Part shown: piece after piece, positions 16,574 to 26,273 of the stretch
Layout: every line of letters starts with the position of its first letter
How positions within the stretch are numbered: the stretch's first letter is position 1
From: an uncultured Solirubrobacterales bacterium
GTDB lineage: Bacteria; Actinomycetota; Thermoleophilia; Solirubrobacterales; Solirubrobacteraceae
Assembly (NCBI GenBank): GCA_963718545.1
Contig: CAVQZO010000003.1
Coordinates: forward strand, 591,187 to 655,186
Direction of reading: 5' to 3'
DNA length: 64,000 nt
Position numbers and translations under genes: made by a program
The notes under the pieces: model-generated
Databases searched by the model: none
What the model was told of the DNA's origin: nothing
Seen by the model: the letters and a program-made list of their open reading frames with translations, nothing else

Positions 16574-16861
16574 GTGTATTTCGCGGTCCGGCTCAAGCGC
16601 GGCGGTCCGTGGGACTGGTCGCGTGATCTCCGCCAGCAGGACGGCTTCGAGGAGCACGCTCGTTTCATGGACTCGCTGGTCGACGACGGCTTCATCGTCG
16701 TCGGCGGCCCACTCGAGGGCGAGCGGGAGATCCTCCACCTGATCGACGCGCCCTCCAAGGACGCCGTTCGCGAACGGCTGGCCGAGGACAACTGGCATCA
16801 GAACGGCATGCTGACGATCTCCTCGATCGACGCCTGGACGATCCTGCTCGACGGTCGGTAG
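16574..16861 (+). CDS. YciI-family protein
   Basis: EHARFM...GGPL pattern; ~95 aa. Confidence 0.7.
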   Translation: MYFAVRLKRGGPWDWSRDLRQQDGFEEHARFMDSLVDDGFIVVGGPLEGEREILHLIDAPSKDAVRERLAEDNWHQNGMLTISSIDAWTILLDGR

Positions 16862-16864
16862 CTC

Positions 16865-17080
16865 GTGCTCACCGCCTTCGGGGCCACCGCCGTCACGTTC
16901 ATGATGGTGATGTACGCACTCGAGCGCCGCCACCGCGGATTCGTGTTGGCCTTCGCCTGCGGCTGCGCGCTCTCCAGCGCCTACGGCTTCCTGGCCGGAA
17001 CCTGGCCGTTCGGAGTGGTGGAGGCGATCTGGTCACTGATCGCCATTCAGCGGTACCGGTCGGGCGGGCAGGACGCGTAG
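16865..17080 (+). CDS. Small membrane protein
   Basis: 71 aa with hydrophobic helices and YGFLAGTWPFGVVEAIW; coupled to its neighbours. Confidence 0.7.
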   Translation: MLTAFGATAVTFMMVMYALERRHRGFVLAFACGCALSSAYGFLAGTWPFGVVEAIWSLIAIQRYRSGGQDA

Positions 17081-17364
17081 TGCAGTTCAGCCGGGAGTTG
17101 CGCGACGACGTCCTGGCCGGAGACATCACCGTCTCGGTGCGCCTGTGGCAGCGGTCGCAGGTGAAGGAGGGCGGTCGTTACCGGGTCGGGCTCGGGGAGA
17201 TCGAGATCGATGCCATCGAGCTCCTCCCGTTCGGGGCCATCGGCGATGACGACGTGCGGCGTTCCGGGGAGGTCGATCGCGAGACCCTCCGGCGTCGCGC
17301 CGCCCACGCGGGTCCGATCGACGAGGACACACTCGTGTACCGGATCGAGTTCCACGCGGTTTGA
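17080..17364 (+). CDS. ASCH/PUA-like domain protein
   Basis: G.IT.S.R.W...VK.GGRY pattern; 1-nt overlap with the upstream stop. Confidence 0.65.
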   Translation: MQFSRELRDDVLAGDITVSVRLWQRSQVKEGGRYRVGLGEIEIDAIELLPFGAIGDDDVRRSGEVDRETLRRRAAHAGPIDEDTLVYRIEFHAV

Positions 17365-17396
17365 GCCGCCGAGTTCACCGCGGTGACCCGGGTGGC

Positions 17397-17514
17397 ACGT
17401 GCTCCAGCGAGCAAATCGTGCTCGGCAGCGCCGGTTTGCTCGCCCAGACGCGAAAAACCGCTCGGGGCGAGCAAACCGCTGACTACGCGGAGCGGATTGC
17501 GCGCTGGAACACGT
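17397..17514. repeat. 118-nt imperfect inverted repeat (REP/MITE-like)
   Basis: ACGTGCTCCAGCG (17397-17409) pairs with CGCTGGAACACGT (17502-17514) with 1 mismatch; CGGTTTGCTCGCCC (17432-17445) pairs perfectly with GGGCGAGCAAACCG (17464-17477). Confidence 0.8.
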
Positions 17515-17562
17515 CCGGAAACTAGAGAATCATCGTTCGCGGAGGCGCCTGCGGTGCGATCC

Positions 17563-17868
17563 TCAGCTCCGCTGATCAGCCCAGGCGAAGATGTCTCGCG
17601 TGTGCGTGATGACCCTGCCATCTGGCAGCTTCAGCGCGGGAAGCTTGGTGTCGCCGGTGGCGGCGCGCAGTTCCTCGCGCGAGCCCTTGCGCAGGAACGG
17701 GATTGGGCTCCCGTGAGCGGCGACGACCTTCTCGTAGGCGATGCCGTCCGCGCGGAATCTCTCCTGCACTCGCCGGCACGGATGCATGCGGGGGCCGCCG
17801 TCGTCTCCGTGGCAAACGAACAGAGTCGGAAGCTCTCCGTCGGGCGTCCGTGGCTGGTCAGAACTCAT
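17563..17868 (-). CDS. Glutaredoxin/GST N-terminal domain protein
   Basis: HPCRRV motif, TGDTKLP (cis-Pro region), LPDG; thioredoxin-fold size. Confidence 0.7.
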   Translation of the reverse strand: MSSDQPRTPDGELPTLFVCHGDDGGPRMHPCRRVQERFRADGIAYEKVVAAHGSPIPFLRKGSREELRAATGDTKLPALKLPDGRVITHTRDIFAWADQRS

Positions 17869-18000
17869 GCTTGCTCCTTGCTTGTGGATTGCTGTTCACC
17901 GCCAGCGAGAGTGCTGACCCACTCCGCGACGGAGACTACCTGTGCCTGCCTGGGGAACACCTTCTCGCACAGCGCGGGCGTCTGTTTGACTGGATGCCGT

Positions 18001-18735
18001 ATGGCGATCGGCCCGCACCTCCAACTCGCCGACGTCAGCCGGGCTCGGCGAACGCCGGGACTCGTCGTGCTGGAGGGCTTCCACGCGATCAAGCACGCGC
18101 TTCGGTTCGGGGGAGAGCTCCTGGGCGCCTGGACGGCTGATCCGGAGGCCCTGGAGGAACTCCGCGGCCGGCTGGCGCCGGATGTCCAGCTTTCGGCTGA
18201 GGTCGTGGACGCCGCGGCGCTCAAGCAGGTGGTGCCGCGAGGTCAGGTGGTCGCTGTCGCCCGAAGGCCGGCTCAGCCGGATCCGGACACCGTGCTGGCC
18301 GGGCCGGGTCATGTGGTTCTGCTCGAGGACCCCAGGCACCTCGGCAATCTGGGTGCGGTGATTCGTGTCGCCGCAGCCGCCGGTGCCGCCGGGGTCATGA
18401 CGACCGGTCGCTTGAACCCGTGGCATCCGGATGCCCTGCGCGGAAGCGCGGGTCTGCACTTTGCGCTGCCCGTCCACCGCCTGCGCGCGCTCAGAACTGG
18501 GGGCCGTGAACTGGTGGCGCTCGACCCGGACGGGGAGCCGCTGGCGCCCGAAGCACTTCCCCGTGCGGCGATCCTGGCCTTCGGAACCGAGCGAGATGGA
18601 CTCAGCGATGAAGTCCTGTCCCAGGCGCAGCGACGGGTCGCGCTGCCGATGGCTCCTGGGGTGTCATCGCTGAACTTGGCGACGGCCGTCGCCGCCACGC
18701 TTTACGCGCTGCGGTTCGCGGGCCGTGTAAAATAA
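18001..18735 (+). CDS. TrmH/SpoU-family RNA methyltransferase
   Basis: LEDPRHLGNLGAVIR, FGTERDGL, SSLNLATA SPOUT motifs; ATG at 18001. Confidence 0.9.
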   Translation: MAIGPHLQLADVSRARRTPGLVVLEGFHAIKHALRFGGELLGAWTADPEALEELRGRLAPDVQLSAEVVDAAALKQVVPRGQVVAVARRPAQPDPDTVLAGPGHVVLLEDPRHLGNLGAVIRVAAAAGAAGVMTTGRLNPWHPDALRGSAGLHFALPVHRLRALRTGGRELVALDPDGEPLAPEALPRAAILAFGTERDGLSDEVLSQAQRRVALPMAPGVSSLNLATAVAATLYALRFAGRVK

Positions 18736-18771
18736 CCAAAAGACAGTCGGCTTTTAGGAGTTTTTCTCTCT

Positions 18772-18945
18772 GTGACCCGCTTGCCCGACGACGAATTCGA
18801 TACTCCCTCAGGACAGGTCTGCTGGCTGTGGTGGGCCGCCGAGTCCGAGGAGGCGCGGCAGAGGCTCCTGGAGGCGATGACCGGGGAGGCTGGTCAGCCG
18901 CTGGACGCAGGCGCGGCGCGCCAGGTACTGGCCGCGGCGCGTTGA
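18772..18945 (+). CDS. Possible 57-aa small protein (not in ORF track)
   Basis: AGGAG 11 nt before GTG; MTRLPDDEFDTPSGQVCWLWWAAESEEARQRLLEAMTGEAGQPLDAGAARQVLAAAR; its 3' part overlaps the antisense pabB end. Confidence 0.3.
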   Translation: MTRLPDDEFDTPSGQVCWLWWAAESEEARQRLLEAMTGEAGQPLDAGAARQVLAAAR

Positions 18946-20987
18946 CCCTCCGCAAGCGCCCGGCAGATCTGGACGGCCTGAGGCGGCAATGGCCGCCCCG
19001 CCAGCGTGGCGGGGTGGGGGCCCCGCAGGCTCGAGGTGAGCACGATCGCGTCTGCCCCCGCCAGCTCCGATAGAGAGAGATCGCGCAGACAGGTCTCCCA
19101 GCCGGCGCGGCCGGCGGCGGTCAGCAGGCGCTCGCGTGACAGCGAGGGCAGCAGCCGGCCGTCCAGCGGCGGCCCGAGGATGCGCTGACCCGTCACGACC
19201 AGGACTGCGGCGTAACCGGCTTCGAGCACGCTGCCATCGCTGTCGCAGATGAGCGGGGTCACGCCCGCTCCGGAGTGGCTCTCGATGAGCCCGCGGTCGG
19301 CCCACTTGTGCCGGCCGAGCCCCCCGGGCACGGCCACGGCAAGCAGTTCCATCGGCACGGCCTGCGGCAGCGGCCTGGTGGCGATGCGCAATCCAGATGG
19401 GTCGACGGTGATCCGCAGACCGCCGTTGCTCAGCTGCGCGGCTGCGCCGGCGATTCGGGCTTCGATCTCGCCAGGCAGGCTCAGTCCGAGCTCGCCGCAA
19501 CTGGCCGCCAGCCGGGTCAGATGGTCGGGCAGATGAATCGTGTGGCCGCCCGCGACCAGGATCGTCTCGATTACGCCCTGCGCCGGGTCCGGCCGGTCCG
19601 CCCGGTTGAACGGAATCCGCGCCGGCGTTGCTGCCATGTGCTCGCCTCCGAGCGCCAGGCCGGCGGCATCCGCCACACCGCGGGCCTTGGTGAGCGCTTC
19701 GGTCACCTCGGCCTCGGGCGAGGAGTCGGACACGATTCCTCCGCCGACGCCCAGCCAGAGTCGTCCGCGGGCCAGCTCCAAGGTCCGGATCGCCACGTTG
19801 AGCTCGAGCCCGGCGACCGGCGAGCACAGGCCCACCGCGCCGCAGTAGGTCTCGCGGGCGCTGCCCTCCAGCTCGTGGATCGTTCGCAGCGCCTGGACCT
19901 TCGGTGCGCCGGTCACCGAGCCGGGCGGGAAGGTGGCGCGCAGCAGCTGTGAATCGGTCACCTTCGGTCTGAGCTCCCCGTGCACCGACGACTCGAGCTG
20001 CCAGACGCCGGGGGCCTCGCGAAGGGCGCACAGCTCCTCGACGGTGATCGAGCCGTACCGGCACACCCGCCCGAGGTCGTTGCGCATCAGGTCGACGATC
20101 ATCACGTTCTCCGCCCGGTCCTTCTCGCTGGAGATCAGCAGCTCCGGGTCGGACGCGATCGGCGCGGTGCCCTTGATGGGGCGGGTGAGGACCCGGCGAC
20201 CGGTTCGCTTCAGGAACAGCTCGGGCGAGAGGCTCACCACCGCGTGGCCGGCGTCGCCGGGCGCGACGTACGCCGCATACGCCGTCCGGCCGGCGGTGGC
20301 CGCCGTTGCCCACAGGTCCAGCGGATCGCCCTGGAACCGAGCTTCGAGGCGCAGACACAGGTTCGCCTGCGAGTGCTCGCCCGCGGCGATCCGCTCGATC
20401 GTCTCGCTGACCACCGCGCGATGACCGGCGAGCCCGGCCCCGACCGGCGTCAGCGGCTCCGCCTGGAAGCTCCGGACGGGTGGCGCGTCACCGGCCAGGC
20501 GTGAGCGCCAGCAGGCCAGACGCTCGCTCAGCAACTCGTCGCGGGCATCTGTCCACAGCGCTTCGAACCACCAGCTCCCATCCGCCTTCCGGAGCACCAC
20601 GTGGTCGTGAAAGGCCAGATCGAACGACGGCAGCACAATCTGTTGCGGCGGCGCCGGAGGCACTCGCTCCACGGAGCGCGACAGACCGAAGCCCAGCCAG
20701 CCAAACCAGCCCCCGGCCACCGTGACACCGCGGTCGGCGCCGTCGAGCTCGAGCCCGAAGGGCAGCGAGTCAAGCGCGGCGAATGGATCATCATCCGCCG
20801 CTACCGACAGAAGCGGGTGGGAGGAGAGGATTGTCGTGGCGCCTAGCCAGGCGCCACTCAGCGCCACCCCCCGGGGCTCGTCGCGCAGCCAGCCCGCCGC
20901 ACGTATGCCATCAACGTCGCCGGGCAGCCGCTCGCGCAGTACACGAGCTGTCGGGCGGCGCCCATGGCGGTCCCTGACGACTGACAC
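18894..20987 (-). CDS. pabB: Aminodeoxychorismate synthase component I fused to a class IV aminotransferase/ADC lyase domain
   Basis: SLSPELF, RPIKGT, KDRAENVMIVDLMRND, FPPGSVTGAPK, then RHKWADR (PLP Lys) and LLPSLSR. Confidence 0.88.
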   Translation of the reverse strand: MSVVRDRHGRRPTARVLRERLPGDVDGIRAAGWLRDEPRGVALSGAWLGATTILSSHPLLSVAADDDPFAALDSLPFGLELDGADRGVTVAGGWFGWLGFGLSRSVERVPPAPPQQIVLPSFDLAFHDHVVLRKADGSWWFEALWTDARDELLSERLACWRSRLAGDAPPVRSFQAEPLTPVGAGLAGHRAVVSETIERIAAGEHSQANLCLRLEARFQGDPLDLWATAATAGRTAYAAYVAPGDAGHAVVSLSPELFLKRTGRRVLTRPIKGTAPIASDPELLISSEKDRAENVMIVDLMRNDLGRVCRYGSITVEELCALREAPGVWQLESSVHGELRPKVTDSQLLRATFPPGSVTGAPKVQALRTIHELEGSARETYCGAVGLCSPVAGLELNVAIRTLELARGRLWLGVGGGIVSDSSPEAEVTEALTKARGVADAAGLALGGEHMAATPARIPFNRADRPDPAQGVIETILVAGGHTIHLPDHLTRLAASCGELGLSLPGEIEARIAGAAAQLSNGGLRITVDPSGLRIATRPLPQAVPMELLAVAVPGGLGRHKWADRGLIESHSGAGVTPLICDSDGSVLEAGYAAVLVVTGQRILGPPLDGRLLPSLSRERLLTAAGRAGWETCLRDLSLSELAGADAIVLTSSLRGPHPATLAGRPLPPQAVQICRALAEGQRAAASTWRAAPASSG

Positions 20988-21069
20988 TGCCGGCGACGCT
21001 ACTTGATCGGCTTCATGGTGATGCGGGAGTCACGGCGATCTTGCGCGCGATCACATAGTGTCTGCGCTC

Positions 21070-21507
21070 ATGTCGACCTCCGAACGCGTCTTCCACATAG
21101 TCCTCCGGGTACAAGCCTTCCTCTACGAGCGCAGCAACGGCTGGGTGGGACATCGGATGCTGGGTGTGCCCTCTCTGATGCTCCGAACGACCGGGCGTAA
21201 GAGCGGCCAGACCCGTACCAACTCGCTCAGCTACGCCAAGGACGGGGACCGCTACCTGGTGGTCGCCTCCAAGGGTGGCGCTCCCACGGCCCCGGCCTGG
21301 CTGCTCAATCTACGCGCCAAGCCCGACGTAGAGGTCCAGGTCGGGCGAGACCGATTTCAGGCGACCGCCACCGAGATGGGGCCGGACGACCCGGACTACG
21401 CCCGCGTGTGGAAGCTCGTCAACGAGAACAACAGCGACCGCTACTCGGCGTACCAGAGGAAGACCACGCGGCCGATTCCCGTGGTCGCGCTAAGCCGCAC
21501 GTCCTAG
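21070..21507 (+). CDS. Deazaflavin (F420)-dependent nitroreductase family (Ddn-like)
   Basis: TTGRKSGQ.R, VASKGG.P..PAW.LNL.A.P, YQ.KT.R.IP motifs. Confidence 0.92.
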   Translation: MSTSERVFHIVLRVQAFLYERSNGWVGHRMLGVPSLMLRTTGRKSGQTRTNSLSYAKDGDRYLVVASKGGAPTAPAWLLNLRAKPDVEVQVGRDRFQATATEMGPDDPDYARVWKLVNENNSDRYSAYQRKTTRPIPVVALSRTS

Positions 21508-21812
21508 TCCTGCTCAGACCCCCGGACGTGACCGGCGGCCATCCTTCCGAACTCGAAGACCGCCGTTCCGGTGGTGACGACCGGGTCGTGCGCCGCGAAC
21601 TCCCGGAGTGCCTGCTCGTCGTCGGTTTCCACGACGGCGACGCCGTACGAGTCCTCGTCGGTGAGCACCGGTCCGAATACGACCATCTCGCCGCGTTCCA
21701 GGTACGGACCCCAGTGAGCCGCATGGCGGCCCATGATCTCCCGCTCCGAGTCGGTGATGGTCTGGGCGAAGTTCGGGCGCGGCGCGATGAGTCGCAGGAC
21801 GAAGGTCGGCAT
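21504..21812 (-). CDS. YciI-family protein
   Basis: MGRHAAHW, FGPV, DP motif; ATG at 21812. Confidence 0.8.
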   Translation of the reverse strand: MPTFVLRLIAPRPNFAQTITDSEREIMGRHAAHWGPYLERGEMVVFGPVLTDEDSYGVAVVETDDEQALREFAAHDPVVTTGTAVFEFGRMAAGHVRGSEQD

Positions 21813-21876
21813 GCGTGATCGATGAGTTTGACGTACGCCGGCCGTCATTTGGAGCAAACCCGACAGGAGGTGTGCG

Positions 21877-22443
21877 ATGGGCAAGCTGGTGGTCACCGAG
21901 TTCGTCTCGATCGATGGCGTGTTTGAGGACCCCGGAGGGGCCGAGGGCTACGAGCACGGCGGTTGGACCTTCGAGTACAACCGGGGCGAGGAGGGCGACC
22001 GGTTCAAGCTCGACGAGCTGATGGAGGCCGAGGTTCAGCTCCTCGGTCGGGTGACCTACGAGGGCTTTGCCGCCGCCTGGCCCTCCCGTGAGGGGGAGTT
22101 CGCCGACAAGATCAACAACGCTCCAAAGTACGTCGTCTCGAACACGCTCAAGGATCCGGAGTGGCAGAACACCACAGTCATCTCCGGGGACGTGGTGGGA
22201 GCGCTCGCCGAGCTCAAGGACCGGACCAACGGCGCCATTCTGGTTGCCGGCAGCGGCGCCTTGGTCGGCACCCTGCTGGAGTCCGACCTGGTCGACGAGC
22301 TCCGCCTGATGGTGTTCCCGACCGTGCTGGGGCGGGGCAGGCGCCTGTTCCCTGACGGGATCAACCGGCTGAAGTTCAAGCTCACCGACTCCAGACGGGT
22401 TGGTCCCGACGGCGTTCAGGTGCAGGTCTACGAGCGTGCCTGA
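21877..22443 (+). CDS. Dihydrofolate reductase-like (RibD C-terminal) protein
   Basis: FVSIDG, LLGRVTYE, GSGALV, LVDELRL, LGRG motifs. Confidence 0.9.
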   Translation: MGKLVVTEFVSIDGVFEDPGGAEGYEHGGWTFEYNRGEEGDRFKLDELMEAEVQLLGRVTYEGFAAAWPSREGEFADKINNAPKYVVSNTLKDPEWQNTTVISGDVVGALAELKDRTNGAILVAGSGALVGTLLESDLVDELRLMVFPTVLGRGRRLFPDGINRLKFKLTDSRRVGPDGVQVQVYERA

Positions 22444-23071
22444 CGGACGCGCGACGGAGGGGCTGACCCGCGGAGACGACGGCATCGTCCGTTGCTGGTG
22501 GGCGGGCACGACGCCGGAGTACCGCGCATACCACGACGACGAATGGGGGTTCCCCGTTGCCGGCGACGTGCGCCTGTTCGAGAAGCTCTGCCTCGAGGGC
22601 TTCCAGGCCGGCCTTTCGTGGCTGACGATCCTCCGCAAGCGCGAGGCGTTCAGGTCCGCATTTGCGGGTTTCGACTTCGCGCAGGTCGCCCGGTTCGGTG
22701 AGCGAGATGTCCGGCGGTTGCTGGCCGACGCGGGCATCGTGCGCCACCGCGGAAAGATCGAGGCGGTGATCAACAACGCTCGGTGCGCCGTCGAGCTGGT
22801 CGCGTCCGAGGGCTCCATCGCTCATTACATCTGGAGGTTCGAGCCCGCCGCGAGGGTTGGGCGATTGGACCATGCAGGCCTTGCGGAGCTGTCCGTCACC
22901 GCGGAGTCGAAAGCGCTCGCCAAGGATCTCAAGCGCCGAGGGTGGAAGTTCGTCGGACCGACCACGGTCTACGCGTTCATGCAGGCGATGGGTCTGGTGA
23001 ACGATCATCTGGACGGCTGCGACATCCGCCCGCGGGTGGACGATGCTAGGGCGGCCTTCGAGCGGCCCTAG
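22436..23071 (+). CDS. tag: DNA-3-methyladenine glycosylase I
   Basis: RCWW, YHDDEWG, LEGFQAGLSW.TIL.KR, FVGPTT.YAFMQA.G.VNDH. Confidence 0.95.
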   Translation: MPDGRATEGLTRGDDGIVRCWWAGTTPEYRAYHDDEWGFPVAGDVRLFEKLCLEGFQAGLSWLTILRKREAFRSAFAGFDFAQVARFGERDVRRLLADAGIVRHRGKIEAVINNARCAVELVASEGSIAHYIWRFEPAARVGRLDHAGLAELSVTAESKALAKDLKRRGWKFVGPTTVYAFMQAMGLVNDHLDGCDIRPRVDDARAAFERP

Positions 23072-23089
23072 CCGCAGATATGCTCGGCG

Positions 23090-23932
23090 ATGATGGCCCG
23101 TCAGCCCGCCGGTCCGCGCCGTACCGCCTCTCTCCGGACATACAAGCGCGCGACTCGGGTCGCTGGCGGCGTCAGTGTGCTCGTGCTCTTCGGTGCGATC
23201 GCATGGGACCTCGCCAACGATTCGTTCTGGGTGCGTCACACGCTGTTCGCGGGCCTCGTCGGGAGCTTGATCGTGGTGGCGGTGACCGCGGCGGTGCTCA
23301 ACGAATTGCTGGAGCGCCGGCAGCGCGAACGCTGGTCGGTGCTCGCGCAGTACGCACTGTTCGACCTCGTCCGGACGGCGCGGCTCGTGTGGACCAGCCT
23401 GCTCGAACTCGCCGGTCTGGCCCCGGATGGCGAGCTCGGGGACGACGCGCTGGCGGCCGCCACCGAGGCGCTGCATGACACGCCGCGTCTCGCCGCGGCG
23501 ATCGACGAGATATTTGCCAGCGGTGAGCGCCGGGAAGAGCTCCACCGCCTGATCACCGGCCTGGAGCGCGACGGCCAGGAGGTGCTGGGACGCTGGGCTG
23601 ACGTGATGGTCAACTCCGGCATGTACGCCGAGGTCGTTGATCGCAACGTCGAGCTCTACACCCGCCTGTACTGGTGGGGCAGCGTGCTCGACGAGGCCGA
23701 GCCGCTGCAGGAGCATCTGAACCGGCCGAAGCTGAGCCGCGTCAGCCCGGCGACGCAGGCCTCGGGGCCGGTCGAGGACGAGTGGCTGCGCGACAATCTC
23801 GTGGCCATCGCCCAGCTCGCGGAAGCGCTCGACCGGGGATCGTTCGAGCTGGCGATGCGGATCGTTCCCTATGACTGGTGGGTTGCGCGGCTGCCAGACC
23901 GGCCGTCGGCGGCTGAGACGGTGGAAGGCTAA
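23090..23932 (+). CDS. Hypothetical membrane-anchored protein
   Basis: Two N-terminal TM helices followed by an acidic helical domain; coding-like GC3. Confidence 0.7.
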   Translation: MMARQPAGPRRTASLRTYKRATRVAGGVSVLVLFGAIAWDLANDSFWVRHTLFAGLVGSLIVVAVTAAVLNELLERRQRERWSVLAQYALFDLVRTARLVWTSLLELAGLAPDGELGDDALAAATEALHDTPRLAAAIDEIFASGERREELHRLITGLERDGQEVLGRWADVMVNSGMYAEVVDRNVELYTRLYWWGSVLDEAEPLQEHLNRPKLSRVSPATQASGPVEDEWLRDNLVAIAQLAEALDRGSFELAMRIVPYDWWVARLPDRPSAAETVEG

Positions 23933-25245
23933 GTGGCGGAGGAGGCGGTTCCGGCCACCGGCTCTCCCAGCTGCAGAACGAGCCAGATGCGGCTCGGATC
24001 GAGCATCAGTTCGGGGTGCGCGACGGCGTCACCGTCGATCACCAGCAGATCGGCGAGCCGCCCGGGCGCGACCATGCCGACGTAGTCCTGCAGCCCCAGG
24101 GCCGTGGCCGCCACCGACGTCGCCGCGCACAGCGCCTCGGTGGCGCTCAGACCGTGATGGATCATGCGGACGAGCTCGAGGCCGGCGTCACTCCCCGAAA
24201 CCCCTTCGCGGTCCGAACCCAGCGCGATCATCACGCCGGCGTCGCGGGCTGCGCGCAGGCTGCGGCTGCCCTGCTCCAGGTTGTGGTGGGCGAGCTCCAC
24301 GAGGCTCGGCAGCATCTCCGGATCGATCGCCGCACCATCGGGATCGACCGCTTCGCCCAGGCCGCCCATCCAGTAGTAGCCACTCAGCGTCGGCACGAGC
24401 ACCTGCCCAGCCGCGGCCATCTGTTCGAGCAGATCCGGCCGCTGGTTGAGGTACATCCCGTGCTCGATCGTATCCATGCCGTGGTTGATTGCCGCCGCGG
24501 TGCCGTCCAACCCCTCGACGTGCGCGGCGACTTTGACGCCCATCCGGTGCGCCTCGTCAACCAGCGCGGCGAACTCCGCGTCCGTCAGCTGCGTCGGATC
24601 GGGGTCCTCGAGCTCGTTTGACCGCGCCCCCGTGGTCATCACCTTGACGAAGTCCGCCCCCTCTCTCAGCTGCTCGCGAACCGCCTTGCGCATCTCATCC
24701 GGGCCGTCTGCCTCGCGGTACATGGCACCGTAGAAGCGTCCGCCGGGGGCCGTGGCCGAGATGATCAACCCGCAGGTCAGCAGTCGCGGACCGCGAAACG
24801 CTCCGTAGCGCATTGCCTGGCGCGCCTCCTGCGGTTGCAGATTCTGCGAGCCGACGTTTCGGAGTGTCGTGACCCCCATCGCCAGCGTCTCCCGCAACGC
24901 GGCGTGCAGGAAGTGGGCGCTGGTTCCGGTCAGTATCGGCTCAGCGCCGCGCGCGCCCGTCGGCCGCTTCCCCTGGACGTGAACGTGGGCGTTGATGAGT
25001 CCTGGCATCAACATCCGGTCCTGGAGATCGAGCACGCGGGCGCCCTCGGGCACGGGGTCGCTCGCGCGTCCCACACGCTCGATGATCCCGTCCGAGATCA
25101 GCACTGCCGTCTGGTCGCGAACCGGGCCGCCGCTTCCGTCAAACAGCCGGGCGCCCGTCAACCACAGCCGACCCTCGGAGGCCGGCGGGGCAGCCAGCAG
25201 CGATGGGTGACGGTGGGGCACGCTGGGATTATGCAGCGTTTCCAT
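23929..25245 (-). CDS. Metal-dependent amidohydrolase (prolidase/imidazolonepropionase-like)
   Basis: MPGLINAHVH, VKVMTTGA, VAAH, IEHG, LGSD, GRLADL motifs. Confidence 0.92.
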   Translation of the reverse strand: METLHNPSVPHRHPSLLAAPPASEGRLWLTGARLFDGSGGPVRDQTAVLISDGIIERVGRASDPVPEGARVLDLQDRMLMPGLINAHVHVQGKRPTGARGAEPILTGTSAHFLHAALRETLAMGVTTLRNVGSQNLQPQEARQAMRYGAFRGPRLLTCGLIISATAPGGRFYGAMYREADGPDEMRKAVREQLREGADFVKVMTTGARSNELEDPDPTQLTDAEFAALVDEAHRMGVKVAAHVEGLDGTAAAINHGMDTIEHGMYLNQRPDLLEQMAAAGQVLVPTLSGYYWMGGLGEAVDPDGAAIDPEMLPSLVELAHHNLEQGSRSLRAARDAGVMIALGSDREGVSGSDAGLELVRMIHHGLSATEALCAATSVAATALGLQDYVGMVAPGRLADLLVIDGDAVAHPELMLDPSRIWLVLQLGEPVAGTASSAT

Positions 25246-25287
25246 ATCGCCCCCCGGAGTCGCCTGGCTCCCAGGTATCGTGCGCCG

Positions 25288-26253
25288 ATGGGCGCTACCG
25301 GGAAACTGTTAGCCGCGGCGCAGCGGCGGCTCGGGCTCGGCCTTCGGCGGGCGGGCCTTGCCACCCGGCGGGACATCAACGAGCTGCGCGAGGAGCTGCG
25401 GCAGTTGGGTCCGAGCTCGACGAGGCTTGACGAACTCGGCGCTCAGATTCGGTGGCTGGACGATGCTCGCAGTGGGTTCTCCGAGCGCATCTCTTCACTG
25501 GAGCAGCTGACGGCACTCGATGCGGTCACGCGGTTCGTGCGCCAGGTTCGCCTGGGCGACGAGCCTCTCGTGTCGGTCGTGCTGCCCACGTTCGACCGGC
25601 CCGAGCGCCTGAATCGCGCGATCGCTTCGGTGCTCGACCAGCGTTACGAGAACTGGGAGCTGCTTGTTGTGGACGACGGTGGCACCCGGGACCTGCAGGC
25701 TGTGGTGGTTGCGGATGATGACGAGAGGATCCGCTGGAGCCGGATTGATCACGGCGGCGCCTGCGCGGCTCGGAATCATGCCTTGCGAATGGCCAGAGGC
25801 GACCTGATCGCCTACTTGGACGATGACAACGTGATGGATCCGGACTGGCTGTTTTCCGTGGTGTGGGCGTTCGGGCAGCGCCCTGACCGGGACGTGCTCT
25901 ACGGCGCCTTCGTGATCGACGATCTCTCGCGGGTCAGCGACAAGGCTGCCTCGGGAGAGCTCCCGCGCGTGATTCTGTATCCGTTCAGCCGTGACGGCCT
26001 GCGCAAGTCGAACCTTGCCGACACCGGGTCGATCGCCCACCGTGCCGGATTGTCCGCGGCGGTGTGGGACGAGAGCCTTCGAGAGATGGGGGACTGGGAT
26101 CTGCTGCTGCGGCTGACCGCTGACCAGGATCCGCTGGTGCTTCCGGTGATCGCTCACTACTACACCACCGATGCACCGGACCGGCTGACGAACGGTCCGA
26201 CACACGCGGCGGACCTGGCGAAGATCCTCAGTCGCGGAGCGGTGTCATCCTGA
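25288..26253 (+). CDS. Glycosyltransferase family 2 with N-terminal coiled coil
   Basis: VSVVLPTFDRP, VVDDG, ARN.AL..ARGD.IAYLDDD, DWDL. Confidence 0.9.
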   Translation: MGATGKLLAAAQRRLGLGLRRAGLATRRDINELREELRQLGPSSTRLDELGAQIRWLDDARSGFSERISSLEQLTALDAVTRFVRQVRLGDEPLVSVVLPTFDRPERLNRAIASVLDQRYENWELLVVDDGGTRDLQAVVVADDDERIRWSRIDHGGACAARNHALRMARGDLIAYLDDDNVMDPDWLFSVVWAFGQRPDRDVLYGAFVIDDLSRVSDKAASGELPRVILYPFSRDGLRKSNLADTGSIAHRAGLSAAVWDESLREMGDWDLLLRLTADQDPLVLPVIAHYYTTDAPDRLTNGPTHAADLAKILSRGAVSS

Positions 26254-26273
26254 CCAGCCGCGGCACCCGGGTC

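Noticed and set aside
17383-18000. Long 5' extension of the TrmH ORF
   Set aside because: It overlaps the palindrome and the antisense GST-like gene; SPOUT homology starts near ATG 18001.
24835-25287. 5' extension of the GT2 ORF
   Set aside because: Antisense to the amidohydrolase; ATG 25288 is more plausible.
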